A model generated the notes under the pieces. It was not told the DNA's origin, searched no databases, and saw nothing but the letters and a program-made list of their open reading frames with translations. From Planctomycetota bacterium (GTDB lineage Bacteria > Planctomycetota > SZUA-567 > H5-PLA8), in assembly GCA_038227875.1 (NCBI GenBank), contig JBBRPR010000005.1:64001-128000 (forward strand): a stretch of DNA of 64,000 nt. Reading direction: 5' to 3'. The position numbers and the translations under genes were made by a program. Positions 50,276 to 59,430 of the stretch are shown here, in pieces (position 1 is the stretch's first letter; each line of letters starts with the position of its first letter).

Positions 50276-52207
50276 TTAGTGATCGTGCAGACTGCCCAGC
50301 GTCCGGGCCGCCATTTCGAGAGATGGATTTAGTTTCAGTGCGCGCCGTAAACGAGCTTCGGCTTCGGCGGTTCGCCCCAGCCGGGCCAGTGCCATGCCGC
50401 TCATGCAATAACCGTCCGCCGATAGCGGATCGAGGCGCAAGACTACTTCAAATTCATTCAGCGCATCGGGATATTTTCCGGAATCGTACAATTCGGCGCC
50501 GAGATTGTAATGCGCGTCACGGAAATTCGGATCGGACGCGATGGCCACCGCATACGCCGCGCGAGCTGCATCTTTGTTCCCCAGCGTTGAAAGCAGGTTG
50601 CCGAGATTGAACTGCGCGCCGGCGTTCGTCGGATCTTCGATGACCGCTGCCTGAAATTGAGCAAGCGCTTCGCGGTTGCGGCCGAGCATCGCCAGCACGC
50701 TGCCAAGATTAAGATGCACATTTTCCGAGGTCGGTTTTAATTGCAGGCCGCGCGTCATCTCCAGCGCCGCGAGTTGCAGCTTGGACACTGTATCCACGCC
50801 GCGCGCCGGGCCCTCGCGTTTCGCTTCCTCGGCCAACGCAATGCCGTAATTGATATGCCCGCGCGCGTGCTCCGGCCGGTTGCGTGCCACGTCGCCCCAG
50901 ATCGCCGAGGCCGAGTGGTAATCGAAGTTGCGCGAGAACGTGAGCGCCGCCAGCAGCGCGGCCACACCCGCCAAAGACGCCAGTGAACAGACGCGCGTAA
51001 ACGCCGGACGACTTTCCGCGGCAAAATAGCGCGCGGAAAGTGCGTCAAACAACGACACCGCGCCAATCACATACAGCGTGAGCAATGGTGCGAGCGGCAA
51101 GTACATGCGGTATTCCACCGCGGAATCTGGAAGCGGCAGGATGCTTGAGGAAGGCGCGAGAATCGCAAAAAAGCAGAGCCCCAGGAAGCCGATCGCGGGC
51201 CGCTTGAACAGCGCGCGGATCGTGGCCACTAGCAAAAATCCCACCGCGCCCATGCCTTGCAGCGCTTCACTGAGCGAACGCACGGGAGGCCAGCCGTAAT
51301 CGAAACACAATGGATGCGGCACAAGCGACAGACGCAGGTAGTAACAGATCACGTCGCCTTGCGTCTGCAAATAACCCCAACCCGAGTACGGAAGCCGCCC
51401 GGCTTGCGCGCCCTCACTCGTTTTTCCGCCGATAAAGAAAACAATCACAATCGCCCAGGTCGCCGCGAGTCCCGCGTACAAGCCCCACGAATCGCGCAGC
51501 GCCGCCCACCCTTTCCGCACTCCCTTAAAGGGGCGTTCGTTGAAAATCCAGTCGTAGCTCCACACCATCAACGGGGCCGAGACCATCACTTCTTTGCTGC
51601 CCATGCCCAGCGCGCACGCGGCTACCGCACCAGCGAACCACGCCCTGCGTCCTGACTGCCAGCCGCGGATTGAAAAGTAAATCGTCAGCAGATAGAACAA
51701 CGCCATCGCCGACTCCGAGCGCTGGATCGTGTAGTTCACGGCGTTGGTTTGAAGCGGATGGAGCAAAAACAGCAAGGCGACCGCGAAGCCCAGCGGCTGC
51801 GCGCGCGTTTTCAAGCGATCGGGAATCACTGGCGAAAACTGCAGCGTGCGCCATACGATTCCAAACAGCGTCAGCCCACAGAGCAGATGAATCCCCAGGT
51901 TCACCGCGCGCCATCCGGCGAATGTCATTCCCGACACTGCGTAATTCAAAGCGTTGATCAGGCAAATTACCGGGCGGCCCGCGGTCGTGGTGCGCGGTGG
52001 CGCTTTGAAAACATCGGTCCACTGCGCCACATGGGCGAGATACGGATTGCCCACAATTCCGCCGTTGTCGTCGAAGATAAATTCGCCTGTGAAACAATTG
52101 GCGTACGCTGCAAGGCCCGCCAACATCAGCAGCGCCACCCACAGCCAACCGCGACGGGTCGGCGGAGGAATTTTTTGCGGATTTGTGAGTCCGTCAGCGT
52201 GAGCCAT
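50276..52207 (-). CDS. TMTC-like membrane protein with C-terminal TPR repeats (putative protein O-glycosyltransferase)
   Basis: FIFDD, GRP, LHPLQTNAVNYTIQR, SKE, PHPLCFDY, EYRMYLP, followed by TPRs. Confidence 0.88.
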   Translation of the reverse strand: MAHADGLTNPQKIPPPTRRGWLWVALLMLAGLAAYANCFTGEFIFDDNGGIVGNPYLAHVAQWTDVFKAPPRTTTAGRPVICLINALNYAVSGMTFAGWRAVNLGIHLLCGLTLFGIVWRTLQFSPVIPDRLKTRAQPLGFAVALLFLLHPLQTNAVNYTIQRSESAMALFYLLTIYFSIRGWQSGRRAWFAGAVAACALGMGSKEVMVSAPLMVWSYDWIFNERPFKGVRKGWAALRDSWGLYAGLAATWAIVIVFFIGGKTSEGAQAGRLPYSGWGYLQTQGDVICYYLRLSLVPHPLCFDYGWPPVRSLSEALQGMGAVGFLLVATIRALFKRPAIGFLGLCFFAILAPSSSILPLPDSAVEYRMYLPLAPLLTLYVIGAVSLFDALSARYFAAESRPAFTRVCSLASLAGVAALLAALTFSRNFDYHSASAIWGDVARNRPEHARGHINYGIALAEEAKREGPARGVDTVSKLQLAALEMTRGLQLKPTSENVHLNLGSVLAMLGRNREALAQFQAAVIEDPTNAGAQFNLGNLLSTLGNKDAARAAYAVAIASDPNFRDAHYNLGAELYDSGKYPDALNEFEVVLRLDPLSADGYCMSGMALARLGRTAEAEARLRRALKLNPSLEMAARTLGSLHDH

Positions 52208-52212
52208 TTACC

Positions 52213-53328
52213 TCACCGCTTTTTCACCGCGTACCCATATTGCGTCGGCCAGGTGGGCTCCTGCTGCAACGCGTACTGCGCCTTCACCGCCCAATACGGT
52301 TCGCGCAGCATTTCACGACCGATCAGCACCAGATCGGCATCGCCGCCCGTGACAATTTCGTTGGCGTGCTGAAATTCCGTGATCATCCCCACCGCTGCTG
52401 TCAGCATGTCCGCGCCTTCGCGGACGCGCCGCGCCAGTGGAACCTGGTAACCGCGCGCCACCGGGATGCGCGCCTTGGGCACCGCACCACCGGATGACAC
52501 GTCCATGACATCAACACCCACCTCTTTCAATTTCCTGGCGAGAGCCACTGACTGTTCGACATCCCAGCCGCCTTCGACCCAATCCGTCGCGGAGATGCGC
52601 ACGAACAGCGGCATGTCCGCCGGCATCAACGCGCGCAGCCGCGACGCGACGCGCAGTGGCAGCCGCATCCGATTATCCAGCGAGCCGCCGTACTGATCCG
52701 TGCGGCGGTTGCTCAATGGCGAGAGAAATTCGTGAAGCAGGTAGCCGTGCGCGGAATGAATTTCGATGACCTTGAAACCCGCCTTCAGCGCGCGGCCCGC
52801 GGCGGCTTCGAACGCATCCACCACGCCATCGATGCCTTTTTCGTCCAACGCTTGCGGCACCGGACCTTCGCCGAAGGCTTCGGCGCTCGGCGCAATCACC
52901 GGCCACGCGCCTTGATCGGCCTTCAGCGGCGAGCCCCCTTTCCAAGGCAGATCGCAGCTCGCCTTGCGGCCCGCGTGAGCCAACTGGATGCCGGCCACCG
53001 CACCCTGAGAATGGACAAAGCGCGCAATCCGTTCCAGCGGCGCGATGTGCCCATCGTTCCAGATTCCCATGTCGCCCGGCGAAATCCGGCCGTCGCGCGT
53101 GACCGCCGTCGCTTCGACAAAAATCAAACCCGTGCCGCCGGCCGCGCGGCTGCCAAGATGGACCAGGTGCCAGTCGTTGGCCAATCCCTCTTCCGCCGAA
53201 TACTGGCACATCGGCGACATGCCGATGCGATTGCGCAACGTTACGCCGCGGATCTTCAGCGGCGCGAGAAGATCGGTGTCCGGCATCTTACTATCGTGTT
53301 CCGTGCGGGTCTGGCAGCCTTCACTCAT
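52213..53328 (-). CDS. namA: NADH:flavin oxidoreductase, Old Yellow Enzyme YqjM/NamA-like
   Basis: SPMCQYSA, IQLAHAGRKAS, EIHSAHGYLLHEFLSPLSN, RISATDW. Confidence 0.93.
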   Translation of the reverse strand: MSEGCQTRTEHDSKMPDTDLLAPLKIRGVTLRNRIGMSPMCQYSAEEGLANDWHLVHLGSRAAGGTGLIFVEATAVTRDGRISPGDMGIWNDGHIAPLERIARFVHSQGAVAGIQLAHAGRKASCDLPWKGGSPLKADQGAWPVIAPSAEAFGEGPVPQALDEKGIDGVVDAFEAAAGRALKAGFKVIEIHSAHGYLLHEFLSPLSNRRTDQYGGSLDNRMRLPLRVASRLRALMPADMPLFVRISATDWVEGGWDVEQSVALARKLKEVGVDVMDVSSGGAVPKARIPVARGYQVPLARRVREGADMLTAAVGMITEFQHANEIVTGGDADLVLIGREMLREPYWAVKAQYALQQEPTWPTQYGYAVKKR

Positions 53329-53463
53329 GCGTTACTCCTGTGTTGTACGGCCGAGCATAGCATGCACGATGCTTCATGCGCGCAAATCTTCAAATTCCAC
53401 GTAACAATGCCGCGCCTGCGAACATCCTGATTACAAAGTCCTGCATGCTGTGTTCGCTCGTTC

Positions 53464-54600
53464 ATGGGCAGTGGAGGTCCAGTGCGCTATCTTGTTTTCG
53501 TAAGTCTTGCCGCAGCAGCCGTGCTCACGCTGCATTCCGGATTCGCCAGCGACGAAGTCTCGCCCAAGCAGCTCGAGAAGGAAATCTACGAGCTCTTTGC
53601 GAAAAAGGACTATGCCAGCGCCGCGCAGAGCTGCCGCAAGCTAGTTGAACTCGAACCCAGCAGCGCCGACGCGCAGTACAATCTCGCCTGCGCGCTGGCC
53701 CGCACCGGCGAGAAAGACGGCGCGCTCGCCGCGCTTTCCAAGTCGATCGAATTCGGTTTCAGCGACGTCGGCCACATGAACGAGGACGACGATCTCGCCT
53801 CGATCCGGACGGAAAAAACCTACGCCGAGCTGATTGAGAAAGCCCGCGAGAAGGAGAAGAACGCGCCGTTTGAAAAGGGCGCCGAGATTCCCGGCACGAA
53901 GATCGTCGAAAATCTCCCCGACGGCGGACTGCGCTACCGCGTCCGCATGAGTCCCACCGAAACGGAAAAACCCGCGCGGCTGATCGTCTGGCTGCATCCG
54001 TCCGGCGGTTCGATGAACAACGTCGTCGAAGCGCTGTCGCCGCTGTTCATCAAGCGCGGTTTCGCGCTGGTGGTGATGACCCGGAAGCAATGGGCGGGCT
54101 GGACCGGCCCCGAGCAGGAACAGCTGCTCAACAAAACGCTGCCCGACGTCGGCAAGATCAAAGGCATCACCGTCGAGAAACCGATTCTGCTGGGTTTCAG
54201 CGCCGGCGGACAGGCCGCGCTGACGATGTGGCAGAGCAATCCAGACAAATTCAGCGCCCTGATTCTCGATGCCGCGTACCCCATCGATACGGAACAGTAT
54301 GCGCAAGGCAAAGTCGCCGCGATGCAGCTGCCGAAAAACGATGCGATCAAGACCACGCCGATCTTCGCGATCTGCGGCAGCAAGGACGGCGGCACGCAAA
54401 TGTGGACGAAAGTTCGAGCCGACTGGCTGGCCACCGGCATCCCGCTCACGCTAAAAGTCGTCCCCGACGGCGTGCATCAGTGGCTCTTTGGCAAATCGCA
54501 GATCGAAGACCTCAGTACATGGCTGGAGCAGGTTGCCGCAGGCAAATTCCCTGCGGATGCGGCGAAGGAAGCCGAGCCGAGAGAGGAGAGTCTGAAGTAA
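53464..54600 (+). CDS. Secreted TPR + alpha/beta hydrolase (esterase-like) protein
   Basis: Signal peptide; YNLACALAR TPR; WLHPSGG, GFSAGG, GVHQW. Confidence 0.8.
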   Translation: MGSGGPVRYLVFVSLAAAAVLTLHSGFASDEVSPKQLEKEIYELFAKKDYASAAQSCRKLVELEPSSADAQYNLACALARTGEKDGALAALSKSIEFGFSDVGHMNEDDDLASIRTEKTYAELIEKAREKEKNAPFEKGAEIPGTKIVENLPDGGLRYRVRMSPTETEKPARLIVWLHPSGGSMNNVVEALSPLFIKRGFALVVMTRKQWAGWTGPEQEQLLNKTLPDVGKIKGITVEKPILLGFSAGGQAALTMWQSNPDKFSALILDAAYPIDTEQYAQGKVAAMQLPKNDAIKTTPIFAICGSKDGGTQMWTKVRADWLATGIPLTLKVVPDGVHQWLFGKSQIEDLSTWLEQVAAGKFPADAAKEAEPREESLK

Positions 54601-54641
54601 TCGAATCGGCGCGCCTGGAAGCGAGCCGCCGTTGCTACTCC

Positions 54642-55190
54642 CTAGAAGGTGTACATCAAGTCCGTCCTGAGCACGTACTTTCGGCCTCGCAAGACCTCCG
54701 CGCCCATGTGGCGAATTTGATGCGTGAAGAACAATGCCGTGCCCTTGCGCGGACGAATGATAAAACTTTCGAAGTGCGTGTCTCCGCCTTCAAAATCGTC
54801 GTTCAAGTAGACCATGTAGGTAATTCGACTGCGCTGCCCATTGGAACGTTGGAACGCGCCATCAAAATGCCAGTTGAATCGCTGGCCCGGATCATATCTG
54901 TAAAATCGAAGCCGTTCATTACATCCCAGCGCTTGCGCGCGATTGATGATATCCGGAACAAACGGCTTTGCCCGCTTCCAAAGTTCGTCTGATCGCGAGC
55001 GATCGTCAACAATGACACGATCATTGTTGCGGACGTCTTTGACAACTACTTGTGCCCCCATCCCGACGTTGATGGCAGCCTCTTCAAAGCCGATTTTCTC
55101 CGCGAACGCGATGTATTCATCGCATTCAGCGGCGGAAAACAGCTCGTGAACAAGAAATACATCGTCCGATTTCCATTCATAGTCAGACAT
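54642..55190 (-). CDS. 2OG-Fe(II) oxygenase (prolyl 4-hydroxylase-like)
   Basis: RFYRY..GQRFNWHFDG (HxD), YLNDDFEGGDT, RHMG, KYVLRTD. Confidence 0.93.
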   Translation of the reverse strand: MSDYEWKSDDVFLVHELFSAAECDEYIAFAEKIGFEEAAINVGMGAQVVVKDVRNNDRVIVDDRSRSDELWKRAKPFVPDIINRAQALGCNERLRFYRYDPGQRFNWHFDGAFQRSNGQRSRITYMVYLNDDFEGGDTHFESFIIRPRKGTALFFTHQIRHMGAEVLRGRKYVLRTDLMYTF

Positions 55191-55218
55191 TGCTATTCAC
55201 CTATATCAGCGCGTGCGT

Positions 55219-55246
55219 TTTTGAATTTTGAATTTTGAATTTTTAA
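55219..55246. repeat. Heptamer tandem repeat (TTTTGAA)x3 plus a degenerate copy
   Basis: Read directly in the yhaM/2OG oxygenase intergenic gap. Confidence 0.9.
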
Positions 55247-55252
55247 TTTCGC

Positions 55253-56395
55253 TCAGCTCGGCCCTTTATAAATCCGTCCGTCGACGACGCGCGCAAAGTC
55301 GCTCCACGCGCCGTCGTTGCCGCCGGCCCGTTCGCGTTCAATGATCGTCTGAATGCCCTGTACCTTCGCGTCGAGACATTCGAGGTGGTGCAGCGCCACG
55401 GCCTCGCCGGTGCACGGCTTGATCGGGCTGCCGTACTCCAGTTCGCCATGATGGCTCAGGATCATGTGGATGATCAGATCCTTCTTGTTGCGCGGAAATT
55501 TTTCGAGCTTCATCACGGTCCGTTCCACCAGCAGCGCGCCGAGAACGATGTGGCCGCAGAGTTTTCCAGTGTCCGTGTACGTAAAGCCCGGGCCGCTGTC
55601 GATCTCTTCGATCTTGCCGATGTCATGCAGAATCACGCCGGCCATCAAGAGATCGCGATTCAGGAACGGCCGCTGCTCGGCGATCGCCTGCGCCGTCTTG
55701 CACGCCGAGAGCACGTGCTCCAGCAGTCCGCCGATCCAGGCGTGATGCACCGAGGCCGCCGCCGGTCCCTTGATGTACTTCGCGCGCACCACCGGGTCGG
55801 CGAAAATCGCGTCGAGCAGCGCCTTGTAGTCCGGATCGGTGAACGTCGCCAGCAGCGCGTCGAACTCCTTCTCCATCTCCTCGGTCGGACGCGTCGAGAT
55901 CGGCAGAAAATCCGCCGCGTTAATGCCCACGCCGTCGCACATCTGCGCCGCGAACACAATCATCTGCATCGCGTTTTTGTACGTCTCAACGCGGCCGCGC
56001 ACATTCACGTAGCCAGAAGACTTGTAGCAGGCGAAGTCAACTTCGTTGGCATCCCAATGCCGCGTGGGCATCGAGCCGGTTTTGTCGCAAAGCGTCGCTT
56101 GAATGTATTTCGAACCATTCTTGGCCACGCGCAAGGTAGATTCGCCGACGAGGTAAATACCTTCGAGCTCCTGGCCCGCGATCAGGTCCTTGATGAACAC
56201 GCGCTCCCGCGGTTCGCGCGGACGCACGGGCTGATTTCCCTGATGGCCCTGCCCCTGCTGAGGCCGCTGCGGTTGCCCCCCGCCCTGCGCATTGGGCCGC
56301 TGCGGAGCCGGACCGCGCTGCGGATTGTTGTTCGGTGGCGGCGACGGCGGTTTCGTCTGCAACTCATCCGGAAAAAGATCGCCCAGCTTTGCCAT
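55253..56395 (-). CDS. yhaM: 3'-5' exoribonuclease YhaM family (OB fold + HD domain)
   Basis: OB fold LCDKTG...VRGRVETY; PAAASVHHAWIGGLLEH; LHDIGK; GHIVLG; HMILSHHG; ATG 56395 with GGAG. Confidence 0.92.
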   Translation of the reverse strand: MAKLGDLFPDELQTKPPSPPPNNNPQRGPAPQRPNAQGGGQPQRPQQGQGHQGNQPVRPREPRERVFIKDLIAGQELEGIYLVGESTLRVAKNGSKYIQATLCDKTGSMPTRHWDANEVDFACYKSSGYVNVRGRVETYKNAMQMIVFAAQMCDGVGINAADFLPISTRPTEEMEKEFDALLATFTDPDYKALLDAIFADPVVRAKYIKGPAAASVHHAWIGGLLEHVLSACKTAQAIAEQRPFLNRDLLMAGVILHDIGKIEEIDSGPGFTYTDTGKLCGHIVLGALLVERTVMKLEKFPRNKKDLIIHMILSHHGELEYGSPIKPCTGEAVALHHLECLDAKVQGIQTIIERERAGGNDGAWSDFARVVDGRIYKGPS

Positions 56396-56479
56396 GGAAG
56401 ACTCCGGTCGTGTAGCCAAATTTGCTCTCAAAAAGGATTGTTTGTTTTTAACCACATGGCCAATTGGCCATGGGGTTCC

Positions 56480-57103
56480 TCACACTTTGTCGACGTAAAA
56501 CAGATGCCACCAACGCGGACAGTTGCGATCTTCCTGCTTCTTGGGCAGAAAGTCGAAGTCCTTCATGCTCAGCGGCGACGGCGGCAGCGGCGCGGTCTCC
56601 TTGCCCATTTCTTCCAGCGCCGGAATCGAAAGGATCAGCCGCCCGCCGGGGACGAGCAGGTCCATAAGCTTCTGCACGGATTCCTTGAGATGCGGGCGGA
56701 TGTCCTTGATGTGGTCGAGCGTTTCAGTGCAGATCACGCCCGAACACGAGCCCTTGGGAATTCCCGGCTCGTCGACGGTGCCCTTCTGAAACGTGCAATT
56801 CTTGAGCGGGTGTTCGACGAGGAGCTGCTTGCCGACGTTGAGCCGGTTCTCATCCGGATCGATGCCGACGACTTCCGCGCGCGGCTTTTTCCAGGCGACG
56901 TTGAGCGTCAGAATGCCGTAGCTGCAGCCGATGTCCGCGATGCGCCCTTCGTGCGGCATCAGGCGCAGCATGCACTGCATGCGGTAGAGCGCCACCCAGT
57001 GAATCGGCTGAAACACGCCCTGCGCGGCCTGGAAGTCGTGCTTCCAGATGGTCGTGTTGCGATCCATGAAAATCCATGCATCTTTGATCTCTTGAAGGGA
57101 CAT
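56480..57103 (-). CDS. Class I SAM-dependent methyltransferase
   Basis: IADIGCSYG, VVGID, ETLDHI, LVPGGRLIL. Confidence 0.9.
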   Translation of the reverse strand: MSLQEIKDAWIFMDRNTTIWKHDFQAAQGVFQPIHWVALYRMQCMLRLMPHEGRIADIGCSYGILTLNVAWKKPRAEVVGIDPDENRLNVGKQLLVEHPLKNCTFQKGTVDEPGIPKGSCSGVICTETLDHIKDIRPHLKESVQKLMDLLVPGGRLILSIPALEEMGKETAPLPPSPLSMKDFDFLPKKQEDRNCPRWWHLFYVDKV

Positions 57104-57202
57104 GGCAGCTCCGCAGTTTCGTTTTGGACGCCGAGAGTTTCGAATGGAGCGGCCCGAAAGTCGAGTGACGAAACGGAGGAAAGCGGGGCGGCGGAGCCTC
57201 GC

Positions 57203-57231
57203 TTGCGCGCGGACAACCGAACCGCTAGAGT
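57203..57231 (+). promoter_or_regulatory. Putative sigma70 promoter of tRNA-Arg
   Basis: TTGCGC-17 nt-TAGAGT, ending 18 bp upstream of the tRNA. Confidence 0.55.
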
Positions 57232-57249
57232 GCGAACGTTATTTTCGAC

Positions 57250-57321
57250 GTGCCCATAGCACAATGGATAGTGCACCGGCCTCCGAAGCCGGTGATGTAG
57301 GTTCGACTCCTACTGGGCACA
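57250..57321 (+). tRNA. tRNA-Arg (anticodon CCG), CCA not encoded
   Basis: Acceptor GTGCCCA/TGGGCAC, D arm GCAC/GTGC with A20, anticodon stem CCGGC/GCCGG with loop CTCCGAA, T arm GTAGG-TTCGACT-CCTAC. Confidence 0.95.
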
Positions 57322-57427
57322 TTTGCGAACGCGTCGGATCCACCAGGCACTGAGATTGAAAAGCCTTTAGGCTTTCTAACATTACCAGTACAGGGTGGAT
57401 TTACTCAATAAATTATAGGGCTGCCTT

Positions 57428-58123
57428 GTGCCGCAAGTCCGTCTACAAAGCTACCGCAAATGGCTCAAGAGCGTCAATACGACCCCGCAGGCTCGACGCA
57501 TCATTGCCGATGCGCTCGACTGCTACGAGCGCATCCATAAGCGCAAGGCCATACGCCCTGCGGATCTAAGGTCTATTGTAAATGCGGCGATGAGCCGTTT
57601 TCGAGCGGCATGGTTCACTGGAACAGACTTGCTTACCTCGCTATCTGCAAGACATCCCGCAGCAGCCGAAGCGATGAAGAACGCCGCTAAATCAACTAAC
57701 GGCGATGATCGATTTCACATCATTTCGTCGCTCGATGGCAGCGTCCCTCGTTCAATTTCCTTGCTTCTCGTCAAAGCTGCACTCCGCGATCGATCGGCTT
57801 CGGTTCGAGCGAAAGCAGCCGAAGCCGCTGACAGGCTCTATCTAAAAGAACTCATACCGGACCTACGGGCATGTTTAGCTGCCGAAAAAAATTCCAAGAC
57901 GAATGAGGCATTCAACTTTCATCTCGAAATGCTTGATCGGGGATACTTAGTTAAGAAAAGTGCTACGGGAACAAGAATTATGGTGAGAGTCAAACGGGGA
58001 TGGGCGGGCAGGGCAATCCCACAGTGCGACGCGGACTATCCGCGTGTTCTACTGAAGCATGTTCGAGAGCTAATTCGGCGCGACGAAAGGCTTTTTGGTA
58101 GCAGGCCCGCCAATGGAACTTAG
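57428..58123 (+). CDS. Hypothetical protein with a HEAT-like repeat
   Basis: ALRDRSASVRAKAAEAADRL; AT-richer codons than neighbours. Confidence 0.65.
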   Translation: MPQVRLQSYRKWLKSVNTTPQARRIIADALDCYERIHKRKAIRPADLRSIVNAAMSRFRAAWFTGTDLLTSLSARHPAAAEAMKNAAKSTNGDDRFHIISSLDGSVPRSISLLLVKAALRDRSASVRAKAAEAADRLYLKELIPDLRACLAAEKNSKTNEAFNFHLEMLDRGYLVKKSATGTRIMVRVKRGWAGRAIPQCDADYPRVLLKHVRELIRRDERLFGSRPANGT

Positions 58124-58209
58124 GACGCCATGTTTTGAATCTGTAGCAGATGCAGCGCCAGTCGACCCGGACGGCAATGTATTCGAAATTTCCGGCGAAC
58201 CCTGAGATC

Positions 58210-58237
58210 GGGAGTTTGGCCCTGTGCCAAAACTCCC
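58210..58237. terminator. Hairpin between convergent genes
   Basis: GGGAGTTTGGC-CCTGT-GCCAAAACTCCC. Confidence 0.5.
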
Positions 58238-58258
58238 CTGCGCCGATCGTTATCAGCA

Positions 58259-58807
58259 TCAGCCCTTCATCGTCGCCAAATACTCCGTCAAATTATCCAG
58301 CGAGCCTGTCCAGCCGCCGTGCATGCTCTTGCGGCCGCCGTCGAAAGTCTTGCGTTCCAATTCGGTGGCGTTGTAGGGCGTCCACGTGATCGTGAGCGTG
58401 GTTTTGTCGGACTGCTCGGTGAATTGGAATGTCGAGAGCATTTCGCGCGGCCAGGTGGGGCTCATCGGGTGGGTGGCGATTTCGCCTTTCTCGTTTGAAA
58501 GCGATTGGATGTAGACGATCCGCTCGGGCGGTACAATTTCACGATAAACTATTTTTCCCCACATCTCGCCGGGCCCCATTTTCATGCAATAGTGATAGGT
58601 CCCGCCGACGCGGAATTCCATTTTGGCGACGCGCAACGACGACTCCGCATCGGCCGCGGGGCCGGCGCGCTTTGGGCCCATCCAGTGCTGCATGTGAGCG
58701 GGTTCGGTGCAGACCTTCCACACCAGTTCGCGCGGCGCATTGAATGTGCGGGTGATGACAAATGCCTCCTGCTCAGGCTCCTGCGCAGAACTCTTTGCGT
58801 TAACCAC
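58259..58807 (-). CDS. SRPBCC/AHSA1 domain protein
   Basis: ITRTFNAPRELVWK...WMGP...FRVGG...YREIVPPERIVY...GWTGSLDNL. Confidence 0.93.
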   Translation of the reverse strand: MVNAKSSAQEPEQEAFVITRTFNAPRELVWKVCTEPAHMQHWMGPKRAGPAADAESSLRVAKMEFRVGGTYHYCMKMGPGEMWGKIVYREIVPPERIVYIQSLSNEKGEIATHPMSPTWPREMLSTFQFTEQSDKTTLTITWTPYNATELERKTFDGGRKSMHGGWTGSLDNLTEYLATMKG

Positions 58808-58862
58808 GATTCAGCCCCTCCCCTTTTTTCTTTGGTTTAAGCGGTCCCGATTTCAAGTCGGC

Positions 58863-59216
58863 TCAATTTTTATTTTTGCGGCCATGCGTCTTCTTCGTTC
58901 GTTGCAGTTCCTGAAGGTAATCGTCGAGGCGATCGAGGCTTTCTTCCCAGAAGCGGCGGTAGTGCTCCACCCACCCGGAGACTTCTTTCAAGCGCCGCGC
59001 CTCGAGCCGGCAGGGCCGCCATTGGGCCTCGCGCGAACGCGCGATCAATCCGGCGCGCTCCAGCACCTTGAGATGTTTTGAAATTCCCGGCTGGCTCATG
59101 GCGAAGGGTCTAGCCAATTCCGAGACGGTGGTTTCGCCCGAAGAAAGTCTGGCGAGGATGGCGCGACGGGTGGGATCAGCGAGCGCCGCGAACGTGGTGC
59201 TGAGTCGGTCGCGCAT
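58863..59216 (-). CDS. ArsR/SmtB family transcriptional regulator
   Basis: FAALADPTRRAILARL...SQPGISKHLKVLERAGLI; paired with SRPBCC. Confidence 0.95.
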   Translation of the reverse strand: MRDRLSTTFAALADPTRRAILARLSSGETTVSELARPFAMSQPGISKHLKVLERAGLIARSREAQWRPCRLEARRLKEVSGWVEHYRRFWEESLDRLDDYLQELQRTKKTHGRKNKN

Positions 59217-59238
59217 GGTACATTGCCCTCTGGTTAAT

Positions 59239-59252
59239 TAACTACATGGTTA
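59239..59252. promoter_or_regulatory. Probable ArsR operator TAAC-N6-GTTA
   Basis: Inverted repeat about 25 bp upstream of the ArsR start, as expected for autoregulated ArsR-SRPBCC operons. Confidence 0.55.
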
Positions 59253-59430
59253 TATACAAGATGCGGCGGCGTCCGTCCAGTCGAAACTTCACGGCAGGTT
59301 ACCTGGTTTCTTTCACTTCCCAATCCAGCCGTGCAGCGCTACCTTTCGCCTTCATTCTGTCGAATGGCACGGTCGCTGTACCAAGGCGAAAGGAATTTTT
59401 AAATCATCGCGCGTGAGCGGAATTTAACTT

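Noticed and set aside
55385..57259. 624-aa plus-strand ORF
   Set aside because: Overlaps yhaM and the methyltransferase in antisense and runs into the tRNA; no recognisable domain.
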